64,000 nt of DNA from an uncultured Planctomycetia bacterium. GTDB taxonomy: Bacteria; Omnitrophota; Gorgyraeia; Duberdicusellales; 4484-171. Positions 19,469 through 28,733 of the stretch are shown here, one piece after another (the first letter of the stretch is position 1; every line of letters starts with the position of its first letter). The position numbers were made by a program, and so were the translations under genes. The stretch covers positions 67,222 to 131,221 of the forward strand of contig CAZABB010000001.1 of assembly GCA_964483625.1 (NCBI GenBank), in the 5' to 3' direction. A model generated the notes under the pieces. It saw only the letters and a program-made list of their open reading frames with translations. It did no database searches and was not told where the DNA came from.

Positions 19469-21669
19469 TTCTTTCTATGAGACTTACGTTTTCGAAAGTC
19501 CTCCTCGACAATCTTCAGGTGTCCGGAGAAAAAGAAACAATCCTGCCGGACCTCTTTTTGATGACCGTTCGTTTTAACTCCCACCATACGTGCTCCCGGA
19601 TATACGGAAGCGTTATTGACATAGGAGGTATATTCATCGGATTTTTTCGTATATTCCAGTAATACCGTAGGTAGCTGGCCGCGCCACCTTTTCCTGCCTC
19701 GTAATCCTACAAACTCACTGCGGGGATTGCGTATTTTTACCTCGGTGAAATCATCAAGACCGGGGAATCCGCCTTCTCCCCAGGAATCCACCCATTGCCG
19801 GTATCGTTCCGAAAGGACAACCCCGATCTTACGTCCGGAAACCGGAAGCGGGAACTGAGTCTTCAGAGAAACCTTCCATTCTATCTGCTTCTCGTCGGGG
19901 ACATTAATTTTCCAAATCTCCTCTACGGGATGAAGGCCGTATTTAGTCTTTAAGATGACGCCGTTACTGCCTTGTCGCTCGAAATCCCAGCAGCCTAAAG
20001 AAGAGTGATGGAATTGACCGTTCTCCAAAGACACTTCGCTGACCAGACCCGCCCCTTGTGTCAATTTCATTCCACCCCAATAGATCTCGATTTCGTTATG
20101 TTCAAAGATGATCTCCAGTCTTCCGACCCTGATCCTCTTTTCCGGAGCAACGACACGCATCTTCCTGCGTTGATCCCACAACCTCTCTTTGGGAAGAATG
20201 ATCAGCCGCCGGAAAAAGAATCTCCCTGTCTTAAACAGAGCCATGAAGACACCGTCTTTTTTTAACGTCGACCAAATCAACTGAAGATAATAGTACACCC
20301 GATTGCCTTTCTTTGCCCGGTGCTGCCGGATATATTTCTTGACCCATCGGCCATAGGCATACCGTACCGCTTCGGTCAGATCTTTACTCGTTAATTCATC
20401 CAGATGGATGACACTCCGGTGATTTCCGTCATACTCCGACCAGCGCCGTGAACGTAACGCGCCTTTACGATCCATTTCCTTGTAGAAATCCGTACCCGGG
20501 AAAGGAGTCGCGATGGAAAACTGGACCGTTTCCGGATCCAACCGCAAGGCGAAATCGGTAGTATCCTGGATCGTCTGTCTGGTTTCTCCGGGCAGCCCGA
20601 AGGTAAAGGTAAGATGCGTTTTGATATCCAGCATCTTGGTAAACTTGATAATCTCTTCAGTACGTTTGATGTTCATATTCTTATCTATACCGTCGAGCAG
20701 CGCTTGCGACGACGATTCAACTCCGTATTTTACGGCATAGAGACCGGTTTCTTTCATATTTTGTAAGATCTCTTCATCCATAAGATCTGCTCTCGCCATG
20801 ATTGCCCATGGCACATCTAATTTTCGTTTCTTTATTTCGGCACAGAAGGCAAGCATGCGGTCTTTTCCGATATTGAACGTATCGTCATCGAAATAAATCG
20901 ACTTAAATTTCATCTCCTTGGTCAAGAACTCCATCTCATCAACAACATCGACGATATCCCTTGTGCGGTAATTATGTCCATGATACATAACCTGCGGCCA
21001 GAGACAGAACTTACAACGGAACGGACAACCGCGGGAAGCAAGCATCTGGGCTGAAGGCAAAGGAATGTCCCCCGGGCTGTCATTATAGCGGTACATCGGG
21101 AGACCCTCCCGCAACGGCCACGGCAAAGCGTTTAAATCCGTCAACGAACGTAACGGTGTACGATGAATTCCTTCCCGATTCCGATAGATCAATCCCGCCA
21201 CAGAAGCCAAATCCCGGCCGGCACGAAGGGCTTTCACCAGTTCAAGCAGAGTAAATTCATATTCCCCCACAAGCACGTAACGAACAAAGGGATATTGTTT
21301 CAGAAACGATTCACTGCGGATATTTACATCCGGGCCACACAAAACAAGATGAATACGCGTTCCCAGACGGCTTAACAATCGCAGATCATGCTCGAGAGTA
21401 ACGGTGGAAACCTCACATACCAGAAGATCCGGCTTCAATGTGCGCATTGAGTGCAGGAACGACCGGTAAGAAATCCTCTGAGCGATCGCATCGATTAAGG
21501 TCACCTTAAAATCATGCTTCTTAAGCAATGCCGCCGCATAGGCCAGAAAAAACGGAAAGGGAAGGTAGTCGGTCTCGGTGGGCCCTTTCAAATGCGGCCA
21601 GCGTGAACCGGCTCGCACTCCCTGCTTGCCGGATTGCCTCCACGGTAGATTTGCTAAAACGATCTTCAT
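19465..21669 (-). CDS. B12-binding radical SAM protein (HpnJ/BchE-like) with C-terminal beta-rich domain
   Basis: N-terminal B12-binding-like region (AGSRWP...FLAYAAALL...IDA...VGEYE), SRGCPFRCKFC, FDDDTF, GVES, GLPGET, PFPGT. Confidence 0.9.
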   Translation of the reverse strand: MKIVLANLPWRQSGKQGVRAGSRWPHLKGPTETDYLPFPFFLAYAAALLKKHDFKVTLIDAIAQRISYRSFLHSMRTLKPDLLVCEVSTVTLEHDLRLLSRLGTRIHLVLCGPDVNIRSESFLKQYPFVRYVLVGEYEFTLLELVKALRAGRDLASVAGLIYRNREGIHRTPLRSLTDLNALPWPLREGLPMYRYNDSPGDIPLPSAQMLASRGCPFRCKFCLWPQVMYHGHNYRTRDIVDVVDEMEFLTKEMKFKSIYFDDDTFNIGKDRMLAFCAEIKKRKLDVPWAIMARADLMDEEILQNMKETGLYAVKYGVESSSQALLDGIDKNMNIKRTEEIIKFTKMLDIKTHLTFTFGLPGETRQTIQDTTDFALRLDPETVQFSIATPFPGTDFYKEMDRKGALRSRRWSEYDGNHRSVIHLDELTSKDLTEAVRYAYGRWVKKYIRQHRAKKGNRVYYYLQLIWSTLKKDGVFMALFKTGRFFFRRLIILPKERLWDQRRKMRVVAPEKRIRVGRLEIIFEHNEIEIYWGGMKLTQGAGLVSEVSLENGQFHHSSLGCWDFERQGSNGVILKTKYGLHPVEEIWKINVPDEKQIEWKVSLKTQFPLPVSGRKIGVVLSERYRQWVDSWGEGGFPGLDDFTEVKIRNPRSEFVGLRGRKRWRGQLPTVLLEYTKKSDEYTSYVNNASVYPGARMVGVKTNGHQKEVRQDCFFFSGHLKIVEEDFRKRKSHRKK

Positions 21670-24600
21670 GTCCTCATGAATTTCTCTAAACCATATTCCT
21701 TCATATTTTCATGGATACGGAGAATAACCTGATGCGTATCGCAATTATTACAGAACTCGTCATAGAGCCTAACTCCGTTTTTCAGCACGACATTTTTATT
21801 GTGCGTAAGATCTTTTGCCTGGATCCTCAGCTGGTTATATTCGGGAGAATTCCAGATCTCTTCCAATGATCTTCCGTTGATCGAATCAATCACGCGCAGA
21901 TGACAGCACATACTTACTTCTCCCTTAGCCAGCACCAGACAGAAAAACCATCCTACCGGACACCCCAGTTTTAAAAAGGCGTTTTCCGACCAATATCCCG
22001 TACGGGAATCGTAATGTTTCAACTGAAACGATAAATTGTCTTCGATCTTTCTTTCCTGTTCATTGAGATAACAACTCACCTTTTTTATCGAATCTCTCAT
22101 TTGTTCGATGTGTTGAGACTGCAACTTAAGATTTTTGATGTTTTGATCTATACGGGCAAGATAAAACCGTATCTTATCCGCGCCTACAGCGACATCTGTC
22201 CTGGCCATCTCTTCCAATTCATGATAGTTGAGCGCATGGATCACATGAGTCATCTGTACCAAAGGCATCCGTTTCCCCAAAGCATTACGTAGAGAAATAA
22301 GGTTGGAAAGATTTTTCGTAATGACACCAAAGATATCTTTTGACTGCTTTGAATTAATCAAAGCATAGGTCTGCGCCGTCCCGGCGGGAAGACTGCAGAA
22401 AATTTCATTAATCTCAAGCTCAAGCAAAATCTTGGCTTTTTTTTCGTCAAGCAAGATCCCATTGGTAAAAAATAACACTTTCAATCCTTTGTTCCGGGCG
22501 TAACGAACCATATCGATAAAACGGGTATCCAGAAGCGGCTCACCGTCACCCTGAATGATAATCTCATCACAAAGAAGTTCAGCCGCATCGTCGATAATGC
22601 GCCGGTAGAGATTGTCGTCCATCTTTAACTCTTCATCCTGCCGGGACGAGACACGCTTTGGATTATGGATCCAGCAATGGATGCAATCGGTATTGCACGA
22701 ATGGAACGTATCCAGAACAATGGTCTGGGGACCGATAAAGGCGTGCTCGCATATCACTCCCAGAAGGCGCAATAGATCTTTTTCATTGTGTTGATCGGCC
22801 GAAGTAGAAACCAGCGAAAGCAACTCCAGCAGATCGTGGTCTTTTAAAAAAAGCTCGATACCCGTATGTTGTATACGCGTATTCAATTCGCGCAGGTATT
22901 CAATAAAATACGCCAGAAGATTGCGCACCGGGAAGAGCGACAGAGAGAGTGAACGCAGATCGATACGCTGATTCATCAGCGTCGAGGCATATTGGACAAT
23001 CTCAGCCAGCCGGAAAAAATTAAACTTGGTGACGCCGATGCGGAGATTGGTATCTCCGGGAGATATATTTTTGATCCTTTCCTGGATGCGGAGAAACTCC
23101 TCAGACTGATCACCCGCTTTATCGTGCAACACAGCGTTATCACCGTAAAGATATATCGCATTTTTCTTGTTTTTATCGTCCGGCCGGGTTTCGACAAACA
23201 CGTTTTCTTTTTTCAGACGCGCGGCAAGTTCTTCTATCCTTTCTGCGCACGCACGCTTGTCCGAGAGACGTTGAAATTCCTCCTGTCGTCTTTTTCTCTC
23301 CTTTTCTCTACGCTGTCTGAGCCGGGCAACAACTGCCTGCAACCGTTCTCTCCGAGGATAAAACCGAATAATACCTCTGAGCGTCACGATCGTACCCGCC
23401 TGCGGGGATCCCATTGTTTCTTCTCCCGACGCCTCCAAGATACATGCCGAAGAATCGATATCGCCATGATATACCGACAAAGAGGAGAATTTTGTGTGCT
23501 CATTTTGAAACGTAAAACCGGGGATGTTTTCTTTTTGTGGCAATACGCCGATAAAGGCGGGCGGAGCATCGCCGGGCTGATTCATGGGGACCCAATGGGT
23601 ATCGAACCGTGCCGGGAAAGAACCGGAATCCGGACCGGCGACCCATTCACGATATCCTTTGGAAACAAACAAAGAAGCCTTAACGTAATCTATCAGCAAA
23701 GGCTGACGGCATTCTATGTCGACATTCCAGATAAGAGCATCCTCTTGAGAGAAAGTCAAATACCATTTCTGTACGAGGGGCAGATGATGTAATCTAAAAT
23801 AAATGATCATTTCTTTCGCCGATGGTCGTTCTACCGTTACGGTCGAATCCCTCGAGCTGTACCATCGCCCTCCCGTCAGGCAGACCACTCGGAAACCGTC
23901 TCCTTTGGTAATTTCATGTTCACCGTGATACATATATATCTGATTGGCAGGGTCAAGATAAAGCCTGTAAGCCCCCCGGGACAGGGTACATCGCTGTTCC
24001 TCTTCTTTCTTCTCTCTTAGAATACGCTGCTGTTCCTGTCTCTCCCGATCTGAAATATGTTTTTCCAGCAAACTCCGGCTGGGATCGATCTGAAATTCTC
24101 CCGTGCCGCAAAGATATTCACCCGGAAGGAAAGATTCGTCTTTCCGGCAAAAACGGAATTCAAAGATGCGGCAGGATAAAGTGAGATCGCTGGTATAAAG
24201 ATGGGAAACGGCCGGGTGAGGATAAAACGAATGGAAAAGCAGCGTGGGATATTCCTCCTGCGAAGAAAGCGCGCCAAACTGATCTGAAGTATCCCGGGAT
24301 AACTCGACCGGTGATACATACGTGTCGGAAAACGAAGGGAAACATCCCCGGCGGCGGGAATCGCTCCAGCTATCATAAAACCGAGAGACATAAAACTGAA
24401 CATGCACCTCATCCAGACGCAATGGCACGCTGGTATTCACATACATTTCCCATCGTATGTTCTTATCCGGCGTGATGTTCATTTTCCACCTTTGCGTAAA
24501 AGAAGATTTAGCAGCCTGCGAAACGATCTCCATTTCGACGGGAGAAATTTTACGTATGCCCAGCCGGCCATCACAAAAATGATGCCATTGAGCTTCGGAT

Positions 24601-24836
24601 AACACTCTGGTGCTCAAACCATGATATTTTGTAATCTCGGTCTCTCCCCAAAATATCCTCAAACGGTTATCCTCGTCAAACCATACCCGGCATTCACTAT
24701 CTCCGATGGTTCTTTCAGTAATACGTTCCTGCGCTTCCAACATTTGGAACTTTTTGATTCGTTTTCTAAACATTTCTCTTAGTGCGCGCATAACACCCGA
24801 TTTTTCTTCGGCACACATCGGAAGAAAAACGGACAA
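21666..24836 (-). CDS. Large multidomain radical SAM protein (subfamily B): two beta-rich repeats, coiled linkers, rSAM/SPASM
   Basis: CNTDCIHCW, GDGEP, FFTNG; the C-terminal ~520 aa is clearly paralogous to 771-2405. Start uncertain. Confidence 0.88.
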   Translation of the reverse strand: MSVFLPMCAEEKSGVMRALREMFRKRIKKFQMLEAQERITERTIGDSECRVWFDEDNRLRIFWGETEITKYHGLSTRVLSEAQWHHFCDGRLGIRKISPVEMEIVSQAAKSSFTQRWKMNITPDKNIRWEMYVNTSVPLRLDEVHVQFYVSRFYDSWSDSRRRGCFPSFSDTYVSPVELSRDTSDQFGALSSQEEYPTLLFHSFYPHPAVSHLYTSDLTLSCRIFEFRFCRKDESFLPGEYLCGTGEFQIDPSRSLLEKHISDRERQEQQRILREKKEEEQRCTLSRGAYRLYLDPANQIYMYHGEHEITKGDGFRVVCLTGGRWYSSRDSTVTVERPSAKEMIIYFRLHHLPLVQKWYLTFSQEDALIWNVDIECRQPLLIDYVKASLFVSKGYREWVAGPDSGSFPARFDTHWVPMNQPGDAPPAFIGVLPQKENIPGFTFQNEHTKFSSLSVYHGDIDSSACILEASGEETMGSPQAGTIVTLRGIIRFYPRRERLQAVVARLRQRREKERKRRQEEFQRLSDKRACAERIEELAARLKKENVFVETRPDDKNKKNAIYLYGDNAVLHDKAGDQSEEFLRIQERIKNISPGDTNLRIGVTKFNFFRLAEIVQYASTLMNQRIDLRSLSLSLFPVRNLLAYFIEYLRELNTRIQHTGIELFLKDHDLLELLSLVSTSADQHNEKDLLRLLGVICEHAFIGPQTIVLDTFHSCNTDCIHCWIHNPKRVSSRQDEELKMDDNLYRRIIDDAAELLCDEIIIQGDGEPLLDTRFIDMVRYARNKGLKVLFFTNGILLDEKKAKILLELEINEIFCSLPAGTAQTYALINSKQSKDIFGVITKNLSNLISLRNALGKRMPLVQMTHVIHALNYHELEEMARTDVAVGADKIRFYLARIDQNIKNLKLQSQHIEQMRDSIKKVSCYLNEQERKIEDNLSFQLKHYDSRTGYWSENAFLKLGCPVGWFFCLVLAKGEVSMCCHLRVIDSINGRSLEEIWNSPEYNQLRIQAKDLTHNKNVVLKNGVRLYDEFCNNCDTHQVILRIHENMKEYGLEKFMRT

Positions 24837-24851
24837 TTTTCTCCCGGCCGC

Positions 24852-25904
24852 CTAGGCGTTCCTTTCCGAATCTCCGTCGAACGAACAATTAAAACGAAAA
24901 TGACAAAATTCGCGGCATTCCCGTATGTTCTGCCGCACGCAATGAGCCTTTTGGGAAAACCACATCTTTTCTATACTTTCTTCCCTCACGTTTCCCAGGG
25001 ACTCTTTTACAAAACAAAGGTAGACTTCACCCGAAGGATTAATATTCAAATCTCGATCACCAATCGTACAGGGAAGGCGAGGAACCCCTTCCCGCGGATC
25101 TGTAAAATAGGCCCGATAGGCACGCAATTGCTCAACCGAATTAGCAATTTTCGCGTTGGACGCTTTCGCCGCCAGCACAGCCTGGATGTTCCTTTCCGAT
25201 TCGCGGGAATCATCAGGCCAGAGCACACCGTATTCTTCACTTTTACGCCAGGACTCATCCTGCCCCGAGCCAAAAGGGCACACAATTGCCTGAAAATAAA
25301 TATAATCGATCCGGTCATCCCGCCTTACCCATTCCGTCAGAGGCAAAAGCTCTGTGATATTCTGCTTCATAATCACCGTCTGAATATTAATCCCCACGCC
25401 GGGAGCGTAACGGCGAAGATAATCGATCCCCCGCATCACGCGCATAAACGCCCCTTGAACTCCCCGCAACCTATCGTACACCTCCTCCTTCAGACTGTCT
25501 AAAGAAATACAGACTCTCCACACACCCGCATCGCTTATTCTTTTGGCGAGATCTCTATCGATAAGATAGGCATTCGTGTCAATAGACACTTTATATCCAC
25601 GCCGGGAAGTCACATAGGCCATATCCAATATATCCTGCTTTAAAAAAGGCTCGCCGCCGGAAAATATAATGTCGTGCTGAGGATTATAAAAGTTTCTCAG
25701 GCTCTCAACAACCCTGCTCCACTGGATAACCGTAAGTTCGTCCAAAAAACTCGTTTCCTCCCGCCAGATACGGCACATGCGGCAGCGAAACATACACCGT
25801 AACGTTGCCACAAAACAACAGTAGGATGGCAGTAAACCCGATGGGGATCCCTCCGGACATAAAAACCTATCTGTTTTCTTGTTTGTATCCATAGGCGTCG
25901 ACAT
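24852..25904 (-). CDS. Radical SAM/SPASM-twitch protein (subfamily A)
   Basis: CMFRCRMC, FSGGEP, QAIVCPF, CREFCHFRFNC. Confidence 0.92.
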   Translation of the reverse strand: MSTPMDTNKKTDRFLCPEGSPSGLLPSYCCFVATLRCMFRCRMCRIWREETSFLDELTVIQWSRVVESLRNFYNPQHDIIFSGGEPFLKQDILDMAYVTSRRGYKVSIDTNAYLIDRDLAKRISDAGVWRVCISLDSLKEEVYDRLRGVQGAFMRVMRGIDYLRRYAPGVGINIQTVIMKQNITELLPLTEWVRRDDRIDYIYFQAIVCPFGSGQDESWRKSEEYGVLWPDDSRESERNIQAVLAAKASNAKIANSVEQLRAYRAYFTDPREGVPRLPCTIGDRDLNINPSGEVYLCFVKESLGNVREESIEKMWFSQKAHCVRQNIRECREFCHFRFNCSFDGDSERNA

Positions 25905-28723
25905 TAGGGAGCAATGTTAATACATCCCTCAATACATCTTTCTCTGCCAGACAGCTCGCGAGGAAAGAGCGGTGATTGACATTGAAGGATCCGGGCTTGA
26001 AATAAATCGTCGGCGTTTTCGACAAGTGTCTCATATCCTCCATCATGGGAATAACAATGCAAGGTAACCGCAGGAATATATTGTCGTTCCAGAAGACCGG
26101 ATCTCATTTTGACTTTTTTCACTCCAATACGTGCCGATGCGTCTCCGCTCCATAATTGATCCCACCTCTTACCGTCGTGATGATTGAATCGATCAGGGAA
26201 TCGCTTATATGTTCCCCCCGGAGCAAACCATTCTTTATATTTATCCGAGAGCATAATATTCACCTGTTCTCTTTCTACTTCCGCTGTCCCTTCTCTCGTA
26301 TCCCATACCATACTTCTGACTTTCCACAAAATAGAATGTTCATCAACCACATGAATTTCCCATATCTGGCGGAGAGAAAGCCTCGGCCAATATCCTTGAG
26401 CCTCTATCCTGTTGTCGTTTTCGGATCTCACCTGCCACCGGGCATGAGACGAATCATTCCAAAACCCTCTTATAAAAAACGATGTGTAGAAACCGAGCCC
26501 TTTGGTACACTCTATACCGTTCCAGAAAATCTTTCCTTTCCCTGAAGCAAGGGCAAAACGTAATCTACCCACCTCTGCCGATACATCCTGCTTCGCTTGT
26601 TCGGGATTATGGGAAGAAATGTTTTCTTTCCGAAAAACTGGTGTACCGGCGCGGGAACTCACGTGTAATTTCCCTCGGAAAAAGCGATATCCACCGACCT
26701 GAGCATCAGGAAAATCGATGCCGATATACTGTAATTTTACCTTAGGTTCGGTTCCCCGATACGTATAAATGTAAGCGGCACATAAGGCGGCATCATCGCA
26801 GAGAAACGTCACGTTCGGCATCCGGAGATATTTCCCGGCTTCAGTTCCTCCTACTCCAATAAACGTATCCACATATTTATCTAATATCACCGAGCTCCGA
26901 TTCCCTCCCGTCAGATTTTTAAAATCGCCGCGCTGAGTCTCGCTAAACCATTCTCGATATTCATGACTGAGGATTACTTCCGCGATCTCCTCTTTTATCG
27001 ACAGCGATGTCTCTGATTGCATTGTTACTTCCCAGATAAGATCCTCCTCACTTTCCAGATAGAAACGCCATACCTGAGCAACTCCGGGAAGATTACGCCA
27101 GGAAACAGTAATACGCAACGTTGTCTCATCCTCTTTTTGCGCGTTCCATATAACGTGCTCTGGACTCCCTTCGATATCGTAGTGAATGCCATCGGAACGG
27201 AATACCGTATTAAAACCTGCCCCGGCAGTACACAAGATGTCCTGCCAGTAAAGCCGCAAGAGGAAACCGCTCCACACAAGGCAGAGTGGTCCTTTTTTTA
27301 TTGATAAAAAATCCTGATTGGTTTTCCGAGCCCGAAGGTAACGATCTAATTTTACCCGTTCTCCCTGAGAAAAAACTGAAATATTACCTTTGAAAATAGT
27401 CTTCTGTTCCAAAAAATGATCTTGAGGAAAATATTCATACAGCACCCCACGCCCTTTGAGTTCGGAACCCCGATTACAGATATGACACATCATCTCTGGT
27501 CCATCATCCACTCTTTCCCAGAGAATCGCCAGCGGCACTTTACCAACCTTCTCTTCGGCACTGAATCCCACGGCCTCATCGCGCACGTTCTCGGTCCGAA
27601 CGTCTTCCCATTCGACCGGATGCGGAGAAATCATCGGAAACGCTCCTTCTCCGGTATTGGTCATCCACCGTTTATATTCGTCGACAAATATAGCGGTAAT
27701 CTCGATCTTCTCTATCGGTGTCGGCGCGGCACATTGGATAATGACCTCCCAGAGAAACCTGTTTTCGGAGGATACTGTTATTTTCCATATTTGCACCAGG
27801 GGTAAATCCGGCCACTTCCCCGTCACGACTACTGTCGAGGAGTCCTCCGGAGACGGCTGTACTTCCCAGCGCGCCGTCATCGAAAGGTACTGACGTCCTT
27901 TGCTTATCAGCTTAACATACCCTGCCGGATAAGGAGTAAGCGTACGATCGTGCCATCTCAAGATAAGTCTTCCGTTATTCACCACAATGCCAAGATCGCC
28001 ATCCTGCCGACAAACGATACCCCCCTTATCCCCTATGGTCTCCGTATAATAATTACACACGCTCTCTATCGGACCATCTTTAATCAGCCGACCTTCTCTT
28101 AAGAAAATACCGCGGGCACATAATCTTTTAACCATTGCCAGATCATGCATTATAAAAAGAATCGTCTTACCCATCTCCTTTAACTGAAAAAGTTTATCGA
28201 TACATTTACGTTGCGCATAAAGATCTCCCACCATAAACGCATCGTCAACGAGTAAGATATCCGGATCCACGTGAATCGCGATAGCAAAAGCCAGACGCAG
28301 GGACATACCCTGAGAATAATTTCTGACCGACGCGTTGATGAACCGTCCCACCTCGGCAAAGCGAATAATATCCTCATACCGGACATCTATCTGTGACTTG
28401 GTCAGTCCGAATAGCGATGCGGTAAGATATACATTCTCTTTGCCCGTCAACTCTGACTGAAATCCCGCACCGATCTCCATGAGCGTTGAGACCGACCCTT
28501 TAACATCAATCTTACCTTTATCCGGCTTAAACATGCCGGAAATAAGTTTAAGCAGCGTGGTCTTGCCGGCGCCGTTCTCACCGATAATACCAACTGCCTC
28601 ACCCCGGTGCATATCGAAACTCACATCTCTCAGAGCCCAGAACATTTCCTTACTCACCTTGCCGGATTCTTTATACTCGACCCTGTATCCCAACCACACA
28701 TTTTTGAGAGAAATAACTTCCAT
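25904..28723 (-). CDS. wzt: Wzt/TagH-type polysaccharide ABC exporter ATPase with ~700-aa C-terminal extension (three beta-rich repeats)
   Basis: FWALRDVSF, Walker A GENGAGKTT, GAGFQSELTGKEN, YSQGM..RLAFAIA, PDILLVDD..VGD. Confidence 0.88.
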   Translation of the reverse strand: MEVISLKNVWLGYRVEYKESGKVSKEMFWALRDVSFDMHRGEAVGIIGENGAGKTTLLKLISGMFKPDKGKIDVKGSVSTLMEIGAGFQSELTGKENVYLTASLFGLTKSQIDVRYEDIIRFAEVGRFINASVRNYSQGMSLRLAFAIAIHVDPDILLVDDAFMVGDLYAQRKCIDKLFQLKEMGKTILFIMHDLAMVKRLCARGIFLREGRLIKDGPIESVCNYYTETIGDKGGIVCRQDGDLGIVVNNGRLILRWHDRTLTPYPAGYVKLISKGRQYLSMTARWEVQPSPEDSSTVVVTGKWPDLPLVQIWKITVSSENRFLWEVIIQCAAPTPIEKIEITAIFVDEYKRWMTNTGEGAFPMISPHPVEWEDVRTENVRDEAVGFSAEEKVGKVPLAILWERVDDGPEMMCHICNRGSELKGRGVLYEYFPQDHFLEQKTIFKGNISVFSQGERVKLDRYLRARKTNQDFLSIKKGPLCLVWSGFLLRLYWQDILCTAGAGFNTVFRSDGIHYDIEGSPEHVIWNAQKEDETTLRITVSWRNLPGVAQVWRFYLESEEDLIWEVTMQSETSLSIKEEIAEVILSHEYREWFSETQRGDFKNLTGGNRSSVILDKYVDTFIGVGGTEAGKYLRMPNVTFLCDDAALCAAYIYTYRGTEPKVKLQYIGIDFPDAQVGGYRFFRGKLHVSSRAGTPVFRKENISSHNPEQAKQDVSAEVGRLRFALASGKGKIFWNGIECTKGLGFYTSFFIRGFWNDSSHARWQVRSENDNRIEAQGYWPRLSLRQIWEIHVVDEHSILWKVRSMVWDTREGTAEVEREQVNIMLSDKYKEWFAPGGTYKRFPDRFNHHDGKRWDQLWSGDASARIGVKKVKMRSGLLERQYIPAVTLHCYSHDGGYETLVENADDLFQARILQCQSPLFPRELSGRERCIEGCINIAP

Positions 28724-28733
28724 AGCCTATCGT

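Noticed and set aside
771-25904. Canonical RiPP, PQQ, mycofactocin or heme d1/Ahb pathway
   Set aside because: No RRE/PqqD, peptidase, peptide exporter or cognate pathway genes seen; the transporter is Wzm/Wzt-type. Kept only as an alternative through the 48-aa ORF.
771-25904. Array as an assembly artefact of duplicated sequence
   Set aside because: Paralogs are strongly diverged at protein level, with distinct termini and coupled start/stop junctions.
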